Positions 9,723 to 18,782 of a stretch of DNA of 64,000 nucleotides are shown here, piece by piece. The notes under the pieces were generated by a model, which saw only the letters and a list, made by a program, of their open reading frames with translations, was not told the origin of the DNA and made no database searches. The stretch's first letter is position 1; each line of letters starts with the position of its first letter. This stretch comes from Alphaproteobacteria bacterium. Its GTDB lineage: Bacteria; Pseudomonadota; Alphaproteobacteria; UBA828. Made by a program: the position numbers and the translations under genes. Where the stretch lies: positions 384,001 to 448,000 of the forward strand of contig CAXXVO010000008.1 of NCBI GenBank assembly GCA_963422645.2, in the 5' to 3' direction.

Positions 9723-10081
9723 GGCGCATCGTGTGCGCGTGCGCGTGGACGCGCCGCATCGTGCGCCCGCGCGCGTGGACGCGCGACGCCGGGGCCATGC
9801 TCATCGCCTATATCGGGCTCGCACTCGCCGGCTGCGGCTGGACCGGCGATCCCGGCCCGCCGCCCGCGCCGGTGTCCGTGACGCGCATCGTGCCCTGCCC
9901 GGAGCCTGTGCCGCCTCCCATCTGCACAGGCCCGCCGGAAGCGGCGGCCGGGACCCTCGAGGCACTGGTCGAGAGCGCGATAGCGACCCGGGCCTGGGGC
10001 AAGGGCTGCCGCACGGAAGCGCAGGCGTGGCGCGAGGGCGCCGCCGCCTGCCGCGCGGCGCTCGCCGGGGGCGCGCCATGA
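9719..10081 (+). CDS. Small Pro/Cys-rich lipoprotein, Rz1/o-spanin-like
   Basis: ATGA overlap with the upstream stop; lipobox LAGC; Pro-rich linker 'PPPAPVSVTRIVPCPEPVPPPIC'; amphipathic helix with further Cys. Confidence 0.55.
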   Translation: MRRIVCACAWTRRIVRPRAWTRDAGAMLIAYIGLALAGCGWTGDPGPPPAPVSVTRIVPCPEPVPPPICTGPPEAAAGTLEALVESAIATRAWGKGCRTEAQAWREGAAACRAALAGGAP

Positions 10082-10265
10082 CGGGACCGGAATCGAGAGG
10101 AACCCGGGAGGCCGCCGTCGAGGCGGACGCGGGCGATGTATGAGCTGATCAGACCTCGGGCGCGACACCCAGCGAAAAACCGCCTGAAACAACCGAAATG
10201 TATCAGAATTCAAGGAGTTCCCGGCACGCTGCCCAGAACAGCCAGCATCACGAGGTCAGGAAGTC

Positions 10266-11890
10266 TGAGCTTACGCGCACTTGACGGTGGCGATGAGCCG
10301 ATCCGATGGGCTGGTCAGGGCTTCGATGATATTCCAGCCCTGCTTTCTGGCGGTGGTGATGACGCTGCGCAGGATGGCGAAGTTCTCGGCCCCCTGCGCG
10401 GACCGGAAGCCCCCGGAGATCTTCTGGCGCAGCTTCATCATCCGAAGGTCGCGCTCGGCCTCGTTGTTCGTGAACCCGACCTCGAGGTCGATCAGGAACC
10501 GGAGCACCGCGCATTTGTGGTCGCGCAGCCTCAAGGCCAGATTGTGACCGATCCTTCGCTTCCGGCGCTTCTTCCTCTTGCCAGGCGAGAACGGTGGTTG
10601 GCTCTCGTGAAAGGCCAGCGCATCGGCGATGATCTCGTCGTATCGGCGCTCGATCAGCGCCACAAGCCTCGCCGGAACGGCGATATCCTTGTCCAGCGCG
10701 ATGCGGGCGGCGCGATTGGCTCGGCGCAGGAGCTGCTGCATCCGCCGGGCCCAAGCCTCCCCTTCGATGTCCACCAGCGCCTGCAACTCCCGCAGGTGAT
10801 GGGCGTTGCACAGGCCGTGCTCCACCCCTTCCATCGCGAAGTACGGCTTCCAGTGATCGTGCACGACGATGCCGGAGACACCCGAGAGCAGGGCGCCGCG
10901 CTTGCCGCTGACCCGGTACGCCGCCAGCAGCGGCGTGCAGATCACATGAAGCCACTGCGTCTGACCGCCGATCCGCAAGCCGGTCTCGTCCATGTGTTTC
11001 ACCCGCGCCGTGCCCGCCGCCAGGTCCTGTATGTGCAAGGCCGCGTCCCGCAGCCGCTCGGCCGCCCTCTCGCTCATCGTCGCCAACGTCGCAGCCGTCA
11101 CCGGCGCGCCGAAGAGCTCGGCCATCACCTGCGACAGCCGATCCTCCGGCAGGAAGTGAGCGTGCTGAAGGTAGACCGCCACCCCGGCAATGCGCGGGCC
11201 GTACTGCACCGGCGCCGACACCCCGTCGGGGAACGCCGCCCGGGTCACCGTCCCGCAATGCCCGCAGCACTTGGCATGCGCCCGGTGCTCGGTCACCTCC
11301 AGGGGGCTCGGCTCGGGCAGATCGAACACCTGGCGGGCGACGGGCGTTCCCGCCCTGGCCGCGTCCGAAAGCGGCGAACCGCATCCCTTGCAGGAAGCCG
11401 GGACGTGATCCTTCACCCGATCCGGGTGATCGGCGCGGCGCAGCGTCTTGCCCTTGTGGCCGGGCTGGCCACCGGGCTTGCGGCCCGATTTGCCGCGCAG
11501 GCTTCGGGTTCGCCGCTTCGAATTCGGCTTCCTCAGCCCATCGCTCGAAGGCGGCTTGCCGCTGTTGCCGCTGTTGAGGCCGAGACGGCGCTCCAACTCC
11601 TCGATGCGCTCGACGAGACGCGCGACTTGCTCTTCCAGCCGCGCGTTCTGCTGCCGAAGCCAGGCATTTTCCTCCCGAAGCCGGGCGTTCTCCTCCTCCA
11701 GGCGGGCGATCTTCTGCGCGGGCGTTTCGGGCGCTGCTCCCGTCGAAGGGCCGCGCGGCGACTCGGGATTGCTCATGTCGTTGTTGAGTCATTTCCCGAA
11801 ATTCCCGTCAAGCCCTTTCCACCAACTCCGAACGAGAAACGCCTCAATCCACTGGCCCAAAATGACAAATCAGACGACCTGGGCAGTTAC
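10266..11890 (-). mobile_element. IS66-family (single-ORF, ISBst12-like) element, copy 1; right end missing
   Basis: Left TIR acctgggcagttac ends at 11890. Identity to the other copies stops 5 bp after the transposase stop (10266). No right TIR or matching TSD was found. Confidence 0.9.
10271..11776 (-). CDS. IS66-family transposase
   Basis: Leucine zipper, 'NSGNSGKPPSSD', 'PGGQPGHKG', Zn finger CxxC..CxxC, DDE motifs HMDETG / VHDHW / TNNEAERDLR. Confidence 0.95.
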   Translation of the reverse strand: MSNPESPRGPSTGAAPETPAQKIARLEEENARLREENAWLRQQNARLEEQVARLVERIEELERRLGLNSGNSGKPPSSDGLRKPNSKRRTRSLRGKSGRKPGGQPGHKGKTLRRADHPDRVKDHVPASCKGCGSPLSDAARAGTPVARQVFDLPEPSPLEVTEHRAHAKCCGHCGTVTRAAFPDGVSAPVQYGPRIAGVAVYLQHAHFLPEDRLSQVMAELFGAPVTAATLATMSERAAERLRDAALHIQDLAAGTARVKHMDETGLRIGGQTQWLHVICTPLLAAYRVSGKRGALLSGVSGIVVHDHWKPYFAMEGVEHGLCNAHHLRELQALVDIEGEAWARRMQQLLRRANRAARIALDKDIAVPARLVALIERRYDEIIADALAFHESQPPFSPGKRKKRRKRRIGHNLALRLRDHKCAVLRFLIDLEVGFTNNEAERDLRMMKLRQKISGGFRSAQGAENFAILRSVITTARKQGWNIIEALTSPSDRLIATVKCA

Positions 11891-12371
11891 CCTTACTGTT
11901 TGCTGGAATCCGTCATGAGGTTGATTTTGCTTATGTAGATAGTGTACATGCATGTTTAATATATCGTAATTGATATGTCAAGTCGCCTCTCGGCATTTCA
12001 ATCGGTGAGAGACGCATGTTTTCAAGGGGATAGCGGGGAGGGAGAGTTCCTCTCTGCAGTGGGCGGATGGGAGAGGGAGTTAGGGCTTGGCGTTATCCGT
12101 CAGCACGAGGGCTGAGAACCGACTGCCCGCCGTCTGCGCCACGGCTGGGCCGTCCAGGCTGACCGCAAGCACGCGAGGCTCGCCGGTTCATCACATCCTG
12201 TCGACGGGCGCCGCGCCGCGCTGCAGGGGAAGCGTTCCAGGCGGCGCTCGCGCAGGCCCCGCCGTCTTATGTCCAGGACGAGGACAAGAGTTGGACATGG
12301 CCGGTTGAAGCGGCTAATCTCCCGGCCCGTCGGCTTCCGACGATCCGTTTGAATCCACGCCCGCGGGCGCA

Positions 12372-12935
12372 ATGAACACCTACGAGCTGAACAAGATCTT
12401 CGGCGCGGTCCTCTTCGCGGGCCTGACCGCGATGACCGCGTGGCTCATCTCGCTCGCGGCCTTCGGCAATCTGGAGCATGGCCACCACGAGCGGGTGATC
12501 CACTACCAGGTCGCCGGCCTGGAGCAGGATGACGCCATGCACGAAGAGGCGGCCGAAGAGCCCGCGATGCCCGCGATGTCCACGGCGGAGCTGCTGGCCG
12601 ATGCCGACCCTGCCAAGGGCCAGAAGACGTTCAAGAAATGCGCCGCCTGCCACACCGTCGACGACGGCGGCAAGAACAAGGTCGGCCCCAATCTCTGGAA
12701 CATCGTCAACCGGCCGATCGCGAGCCACGAAGGCTTCAGCTACTCCGACGCCATGGCGGAGTTGGAGGGCGCTTGGGACTTCGAGCGCCTGAGCGCATTC
12801 ATCGCCGCCCCCAAGGGCAACGTGCCGGGCACGAAGATGGCCTTCAAGGGGGTCTCCAAGGAGGGCGATCGCGGCAATGTGCTCGCCTATCTCCGATCGC
12901 TCAGCGCCGAACCGGCAGAGCTGCCGACCGAATAA
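12372..12935 (+). CDS. Membrane-anchored class I cytochrome c (CycM/c2-like)
   Basis: N-terminal TM '[15 protein letters not shown]', heme motif CAACH, GPNL, PGTKMAF. Confidence 0.92.
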   Translation: MNTYELNKIFGAVLFAGLTAMTAWLISLAAFGNLEHGHHERVIHYQVAGLEQDDAMHEEAAEEPAMPAMSTAELLADADPAKGQKTFKKCAACHTVDDGGKNKVGPNLWNIVNRPIASHEGFSYSDAMAELEGAWDFERLSAFIAAPKGNVPGTKMAFKGVSKEGDRGNVLAYLRSLSAEPAELPTE

Positions 12936-12972
12936 GCTGCACTGCGCGGCCCCCTGCCCCGCAGCCGACCCT

Positions 12973-13755
12973 TCACGCGGTCTGAATCAGGCGGTAGCGG
13001 TCCGCCTCCAGCACGAGGCAGGTCAGCACGTTCGTCGTGAACGCGCCCGTGTCGATGCCGATGCGGTTGGGGCAGACTTGCGCCTCGTTCGCGATCGTGT
13101 GGCCGTGCACCACGACACGGCCGTGCTCCGAGGTCGAGAGCAGGAAGGCGTCGCGAATCCAGTAGAAGTCATCGGTCGATTGCTCGCCGAGCGGAATGCC
13201 CGGTCGGATGCCGGCATGGACGAAGAGATAGCCGCCGATCTCGCGATAGGGTTCGAGGCCGCGCAGAAAGGCGCGGTGCGCCGCGGGCAGTGCCGCCGCG
13301 AGGTCCGCCTGCAGCACGCGCAGCCGCATCGGGTCGTCCTCGCCAAGCGCCGCGCGCACGCCGTAGCTCGCGAGCGTCTGCACCCCGCCGCAGTAGAGCC
13401 AGCTCGGCCCGACCGCGATATCGCCGCCCAGAAAGTCCTCGAACCATTGCTCGTGGTTGCCGCGCAGATGCACGCGCTCGAAATCGGGCAACGGCCGCTG
13501 GCAGAGCCAGTCGATCACGCCGAACGAGTCCGGGCCCCGGTCCACGTAGTCGCCGACGAACACGATGGTCGGGCGCGCGGGCGGCAGCAGGCGCTGCTCC
13601 TCCTCGACCGCCGCGGCCAGCAACTGCAGCAGGTCGAGCCGGCCATGGATGTCGCCGATGGCGTAGATGCGCGCGCCCTCGGGCACCCGCGCCGGCGCAG
13701 CGGACCATTCCGAGCGCCGGATGGCCGGCTCCCGCTGCCTCATGAAGAGGCGCAT
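12973..13755 (-). CDS. Ser/Thr protein phosphatase-like metallophosphoesterase
   Basis: GDIHG, GDYVDRG, GNHE, HAG, HGHT, IDTG motifs. Confidence 0.92.
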   Translation of the reverse strand: MRLFMRQREPAIRRSEWSAAPARVPEGARIYAIGDIHGRLDLLQLLAAAVEEEQRLLPPARPTIVFVGDYVDRGPDSFGVIDWLCQRPLPDFERVHLRGNHEQWFEDFLGGDIAVGPSWLYCGGVQTLASYGVRAALGEDDPMRLRVLQADLAAALPAAHRAFLRGLEPYREIGGYLFVHAGIRPGIPLGEQSTDDFYWIRDAFLLSTSEHGRVVVHGHTIANEAQVCPNRIGIDTGAFTTNVLTCLVLEADRYRLIQTA

Positions 13756-13789
13756 GGGTCCTCCGCTCCAATGCGTGCCATGACAACGC

Positions 13790-14356
13790 TCATTGCGCCT
13801 CGAGCCATCCCCGCTCCCGATAGTAGCGCGCGGCGCCTACGTGAAGAGGTGCCGAGAGGCCCTGCAGCATTGCGGCGGCATCGAGGCCGCGTAGCGCCGG
13901 GTGGGTCTCCCTCAGCGCATCGAGAGTCTCGAAGACGGCCGTCGTCAAATCGTAGACGAGAGCCTCGGCGACGTCGGCGCTGGAGACCATCTCCGCCCTC
14001 TCCGGTCCAAGGCTGAAGACGCTCCGCAGCCTCGCCGCCGGGCTGCCCTCCCAGGCGCCTGATCCGCTGACGGCCTCTCGCGCCGGGTCGGATTGTGCCA
14101 GGCCGAACTCCATCAGGCCGATTTCGACCGCCCGGATGTTGAAGGCGGAGCCCGGCGCCGAGCGGGCGATGCAGCCGTATTCATCGCCGGCACGCTCCTC
14201 CACCGATATACAGATTTGGCGCGCCGCCTGCATGTGAACGCTGCCCTCCACGCCGCCGCCGATCAGGACGATCTGCGTCGCCTTGGCGCATGACGGCGTG
14301 CTCGCCAGCAGCACCGCCGCAGTCGCCGCACCGAGCATCGCACGGCGCGTCAGCAC
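13790..14356 (-). CDS. TAXI-family TRAP solute-binding protein, short form lacking the second lobe
   Basis: Twin-Arg-like signal; 'GSAFNI..V..G..EFGLAQSD', 'LRSVFSL.PE', 'VYDLTTAVFE', 'PLHVGAARYYRERG'; only 188 aa. Confidence 0.75.
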   Translation of the reverse strand: MLTRRAMLGAATAAVLLASTPSCAKATQIVLIGGGVEGSVHMQAARQICISVEERAGDEYGCIARSAPGSAFNIRAVEIGLMEFGLAQSDPAREAVSGSGAWEGSPAARLRSVFSLGPERAEMVSSADVAEALVYDLTTAVFETLDALRETHPALRGLDAAAMLQGLSAPLHVGAARYYRERGWLEAQ

Positions 14357-14398
14357 CCTCCCCTCCCCGCCCCTGCGCCCTCGGCGCTCTCGCGCGGC

Positions 14399-14974
14399 CT
14401 ACTTGATGAGGCGAGAGACAGCCTTGAACTCCGCCGTGCCGGCGGCCTCCAGCCACTCGAAGAGCGCCATCTCGGTGGTCACCCGCGAGATCCCCAGCGC
14501 CCCGAAGCGCGCCAGCGCGGCATCCTTGCTGGCAGGCGCGCGCGAGCCGCAGGCGTCGACGACGATGTGAAGGGTATGGCCCTGCGCGTCGAGATCGGCG
14601 GCTGTCTGCATGACGCAGACATGGCTCTCCACGCCGCAGACCACGATGTGATCGCGCCCCCCGGCCTTGAAAGCGTCGATCCGCGAGGCGAAGTCGTGAT
14701 TGCGCGCGGCGCTGAAGGTCATCTTCTCGACCACCGCCGCGTCATTGGGGAGCCGGCTGGCGATGGCGTCGACAGTGTGGCCGAGACCCTTGGGGTATTG
14801 CTCGGTGACCGCCACCGGCACCTCTAGGTGCCGCGCCGCCTCGATCAGGATGCCGGCCGCGTGGGTCACCGCGTCGCCCTCTGCGATCGCGGGCATCAGC
14901 CGCTCCTGCATGTCGATGACGACCAGGGCCGAACGATCCCGCCGCAGCAGGGCAGGGCTGAATTGTCGTGCCAT
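14399..14974 (-). CDS. Isochorismatase-family hydrolase
   Basis: IDMQERL, TEQYPKGLGHT, EKMTFS, GVESHVCV motifs. Confidence 0.9.
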   Translation of the reverse strand: MARQFSPALLRRDRSALVVIDMQERLMPAIAEGDAVTHAAGILIEAARHLEVPVAVTEQYPKGLGHTVDAIASRLPNDAAVVEKMTFSAARNHDFASRIDAFKAGGRDHIVVCGVESHVCVMQTAADLDAQGHTLHIVVDACGSRAPASKDAALARFGALGISRVTTEMALFEWLEAAGTAEFKAVSRLIK

Positions 14975-15115
14975 GTCGAACCGTCCCGTCGCTTTATCGA
15001 CGCCCGGCACGGTGGCCCAAGCGAACGCCGGTCGCAACCCCGCGCGCTTTGTGGGGTGCTGGCGTGTCGCCCGTTCGCGGTGATAGGGTCCGCGCACCGG
15101 TGAGGAACGAAGACG

Positions 15116-16282
15116 ATGCCGAAGAAGCACGGGATAGCAGCGCGAAGCAGAGGCGCCGGCTGGGTGTTGCTCGCGATCCTGACGCTTCTCTTCGGTGCGG
15201 CTGGCCAGCTCGCGGCGGCCGAGCGGCTGGGCACGTACGCGACAGACAAGCAACGCTTCCATCTGGTCAAGGTGACGGAGGGGCTCGAGCACCCCTGGGG
15301 CCTCGCCTTCCTGCCCGACGGGCGGATGCTGGTGACCGAGCGCCCTGGCAGGCTCCGCATCGTTGCCGACGGCTGGCTCGTGCCGGAGCCGGTCGCTGGC
15401 GTGCCCGAGGTGTGGGACGACGGCCAGGGCGGGCTGCTCGACGTGGCCTTGCATCCTGGGTTCGCCGAGAACGGCCTGGTCTATCTCTCCTACTCAAGCC
15501 CGGACGACGACGATGACGCCGCCACCGCGGTCGCCCGCGGCCGGCTCGTCGGCGGCCGCCTGAAAGATGTGGAGGAGATCTACGTCGCCCTGCCGCGCGA
15601 TGACAACGGCCGCCACTTCGGCTCGCGCCTGGTCTTCGCCGACGGTTACCTTTTCGTCACCGCCGGCGATCGGGGCGATTCCGACCGCGCCCAGGAGCTG
15701 GACGACCCGGCGGGCAGCATTGTCCGCCTGCACGACGACGGGCGCGTGCCTGAGGACAACCCCTTCGTCGGGACCGCCGGCGCGCGGCCCGAGCTCTACT
15801 CCGTCGGCCACCGCAATCCCCAGGGCATGACTCTGGAGACGGCAACAGGGCGGATCTACGCCATCGAGCACGGGCCCAAGGGCGGCGACGAGCTGAACCT
15901 GATCGAGCCGGGGGTGAACTACGGCTGGCCGGTGATCACCCACGGCAAGAGCTACATGGGCCTCAAGATCGGCGAAGGCACCCGCAAGGAGGGCATGGCC
16001 CAGCCGGTGCATTACTGGGTGCCGTCCATCTCGCCGTCGGGGCTCATGATCTACGATGCAGACCGCTTCCCCGCTTGGCAGGGGAGCTTCTTCGCCGGCG
16101 CGCTCTCGGGCGAGCTCCTGGTGCGCCTGGAAGTCGCGCGCGGCAAGGTCGTGGTCGAGGAGCGCATGCTCGAGGACCTTGAAGAGCGCTTCCGCGACGT
16201 GCGCCAGGGGCCGGACGGCCTCATCTACCTGCTCACCGACCACCCGGAGGGGATGCTGCTCAGGCTGGAGCCGGCGGACTAG
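15116..16282 (+). CDS. PQQ-dependent soluble aldose/sugar dehydrogenase (YliI-like)
   Basis: Signal peptide, 'GLEHPWGLAFLPDG', 'GQGGLLDV', 'GHRNPQG', 'EHGPKGGDELN', 'NYGWP'. Confidence 0.92.
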   Translation: MPKKHGIAARSRGAGWVLLAILTLLFGAAGQLAAAERLGTYATDKQRFHLVKVTEGLEHPWGLAFLPDGRMLVTERPGRLRIVADGWLVPEPVAGVPEVWDDGQGGLLDVALHPGFAENGLVYLSYSSPDDDDDAATAVARGRLVGGRLKDVEEIYVALPRDDNGRHFGSRLVFADGYLFVTAGDRGDSDRAQELDDPAGSIVRLHDDGRVPEDNPFVGTAGARPELYSVGHRNPQGMTLETATGRIYAIEHGPKGGDELNLIEPGVNYGWPVITHGKSYMGLKIGEGTRKEGMAQPVHYWVPSISPSGLMIYDADRFPAWQGSFFAGALSGELLVRLEVARGKVVVEERMLEDLEERFRDVRQGPDGLIYLLTDHPEGMLLRLEPAD

Positions 16283-16290
16283 GCCCCAGG

Positions 16291-17466
16291 ATGTCTCAAC
16301 CCATGAAGATCACCGCAGTCAGGCCGGTCTCGATCGGCCAGTTCCTCTTCGTACGTGTCGAGACCGACGCCGGCATCGCCGGGCTCGGGGAATCGGGCAC
16401 CTGGGGGCATCTCGTGGCCTCGCGCGCCGCCATCGAAACCTTCGCCGAGCATCTGGTGGGCGAGGACCCGGGGCCGATCGAGCGCCACTGGAACCTGATG
16501 CACCGCTTCAGCCACTTCCAGGGTGCGGCCATTAACGGCGCTATCGCGGCGATCGACATCGCGCTCTGGGACATCAAGGGCAAGGCGCTGGGCGTGCCCG
16601 TCCACTTCCTTCTCGGCGGGCCGTGCCGAACCCATGCCAGGGTTTACGGTCACGCCTACGGCAAGACCACCGACGAGCTGGTGGAGAACTGCGTCGCCCT
16701 CAAGGAGGCGGGCTTCAACGCGGTGGGCCATATCAATCCCTTCCTCGACGAGCGCGAGGACGAGCCCTTCTTCGCGTCCCACGTGGCCCACATGAGCCGC
16801 GCGGTCGAGACCGTGCGCCGGGTGCGCGAGGCGCTCGGCGGCGAGGTCGACATGCTGCTGGAGTTGCACCGGCGGCTCACGCCGGCCGAGGCGATCGATT
16901 TCATCCCGCGCATCGAGCCCTATCTTCCCTACTGGTGCGAGGACCCGATCCGGCCGGAGAACCCCGACGCCATGGCCGAGGTCGCGCGCCGCGTGCATGC
17001 GCCCATTGCAACCGGAGAGCGCTACGCCTCGCTCCACGATTTCCGCGCCCTCTTCGCACGAGACGGCGCGGGCTTCGCGCGGGTCGATGTCGCGCTCTGC
17101 GGCGGCATCACCGGCGCGCGCAAGGTGGCTGCGATGGCCGAGGCCCATCATGTGCTGGTGGCGCCCCACAACCCGCTCTCGCCCCTTGGCCTCGCCGCCT
17201 GCCTCCATCTCGCCGCGGCGATCCCCAACTTCGCGATCCAGGAATACACGACCGGTTTCGAGGCGCTGAAGATGGAGACCAGCCTGAAACTTCTCGGGTC
17301 GGACGTGGTCATTGGCGTGCCGCCGATGGAGGACGGCTTCGTCGCCATTCCGAACGAGCCCGGCCTCGGCGTGTCGATCGCGCCCGGCGCGGCGGAGGGC
17401 CGCCCGCCGATCCAACGCCCGGTCACCATGCGTCCGCACCGCGACGGCTTTGTCGTCGACCAATAG
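16291..17466 (+). CDS. Mandelate racemase/enolase-superfamily acid-sugar dehydratase (DgoD-like)
   Basis: 'AAIDIALWDIKGKALGVPV', 'ELH', 'EDP', 'ATGER', 'GGITG.RKVAAMAEA', 'PHNP'. Confidence 0.88.
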   Translation: MSQPMKITAVRPVSIGQFLFVRVETDAGIAGLGESGTWGHLVASRAAIETFAEHLVGEDPGPIERHWNLMHRFSHFQGAAINGAIAAIDIALWDIKGKALGVPVHFLLGGPCRTHARVYGHAYGKTTDELVENCVALKEAGFNAVGHINPFLDEREDEPFFASHVAHMSRAVETVRRVREALGGEVDMLLELHRRLTPAEAIDFIPRIEPYLPYWCEDPIRPENPDAMAEVARRVHAPIATGERYASLHDFRALFARDGAGFARVDVALCGGITGARKVAAMAEAHHVLVAPHNPLSPLGLAACLHLAAAIPNFAIQEYTTGFEALKMETSLKLLGSDVVIGVPPMEDGFVAIPNEPGLGVSIAPGAAEGRPPIQRPVTMRPHRDGFVVDQ

Positions 17467-18763
17467 CCCGCCGAGCAACGCGCGCGCAGTCGCAGCCCAT
17501 GCCTTGGGCGCGATCCTGCGCCGGGGCCGCACCCTGGACCAGGCGCTCGCTGCCGCGCCGGGGCTGGACTCGCTTGCCTCGCGCGACGCAGCCTTTGCGC
17601 GGCTGCTGCTGCTCACCACGCTCCGCCGGCACGGCCAGATCGACGCCTTTCTGGCGGGGCTCATGGACCGCCCCTTGCCGGCGCGGCGAGGGGCGGTGCA
17701 GGACCTGCTGCGCCTCGGGGTCTGCCAGCTGGCCTTCCTGGAAACGCCTGCCCATGCGGCAGTGGCGAGCACCGTCGCGCTCGCGCAAGGATCGCGTCTC
17801 TCGCCCTATCGCGGGCTCGTCAATGCGGTGCTTCGCCGCGCCAGCCGCGAGCACGGCACCATCGCAGCGCTTGACGCACCCCGCCTCAACACCCCGGACT
17901 GGCTCTGGAATAGCTGGACCGAAGCCTACGGCGAGGCAACCTGCCGGGCCATCGCGGAGGCCCATCCGGGTGAGCCGCCGCTCGACCTCTCGCCGGTCTC
18001 CGACGCGGAGGACCGTATCGAGGCGTTGCGCGCCACGCTTGGTGCGCAACGTCTGCCCGGAGGCACGCTCCGGCTGCGCGGCGCCGGCGAGGTGACGCGC
18101 CTTGCGGGCTACGACGCGGGTGAGTGGTGGGTGCAGGATGCGGCCGCAGCGCTGCCGGCCCGCCTGCTCGGCACTGTCGCGGGCAAACGCGTGCTGGAGA
18201 TCGGCGCCGCCCCCGGTGGAAAAAGCGCGCAGCTCGCTGCGGCCGGCGCGCGGGTCGTCGCCCTCGACCGCTCCGGCTCTCGCCTCGGCCGGCTCAGGGA
18301 GAACCTCGCCAGGCTCCGCCTCGAGGCCGAGATCGTCGAAGCCGATGCCCTGGAATGGAGCCCACCGGCGCAGGCCGACACGGTGCTTCTCGATGCGCCC
18401 TGCACCGCGACGGGAACGATTCGGCGCCATCCCGATATTCCGCACCTCCGCGGCCCCGCCGACGTGAGCCGCCTCGCCGCACTACAGGGCCGGCTGCTTG
18501 CCCGCACCGCCGCCATGGTGGCGCCGGGGGGCCTTCTGGTCTACGTGAGCTGCTCGCTCCAGCCCGAAGAATGCGAGCGCCGGGTAGACGCATTTCTCGC
18601 GGCCTCGCCCAACTTCGCGCGCATTCCAGTGCTGGCGGACGAGCTTCCGGGTCTCCACGAGGCCGTCACGGCGGTCGGCGATCTGCGCACCTTGCCGTGC
18701 CATTGGGCGGAGCATGGCGGAATGGACGGCTTCTATGCCGCACGCTTGCAGCACCACCCCTAA
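17450..18763 (+). CDS. rsmB: RsmB/Sun 16S rRNA m5C methyltransferase (NusB-like N-terminal domain); start approximate
   Basis: 'VNAVLRR', 'WWVQD.AA', 'AAPGGK', 'LLDAPCTATGTIRRHPD', 'CSLQPEE', 'DGFYAARL'. Confidence 0.88.
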   Translation: MSSTNSPPSNARAVAAHALGAILRRGRTLDQALAAAPGLDSLASRDAAFARLLLLTTLRRHGQIDAFLAGLMDRPLPARRGAVQDLLRLGVCQLAFLETPAHAAVASTVALAQGSRLSPYRGLVNAVLRRASREHGTIAALDAPRLNTPDWLWNSWTEAYGEATCRAIAEAHPGEPPLDLSPVSDAEDRIEALRATLGAQRLPGGTLRLRGAGEVTRLAGYDAGEWWVQDAAAALPARLLGTVAGKRVLEIGAAPGGKSAQLAAAGARVVALDRSGSRLGRLRENLARLRLEAEIVEADALEWSPPAQADTVLLDAPCTATGTIRRHPDIPHLRGPADVSRLAALQGRLLARTAAMVAPGGLLVYVSCSLQPEECERRVDAFLAASPNFARIPVLADELPGLHEAVTAVGDLRTLPCHWAEHGGMDGFYAARLQHHP

Positions 18764-18782
18764 GCTGGTACCAGACCTCGCC

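Noticed and set aside
9722-9783. Imperfect 30-bp tandem duplication (RRIVCACAWT / RRIVRPRAWT)
   Set aside because: Two units only, in a signal-peptide region; ordinary slippage with no array character.
9363-10143. Intact prophage
   Set aside because: Only a spanin-like remnant; no capsid, terminase, tail, holin or endolysin genes.
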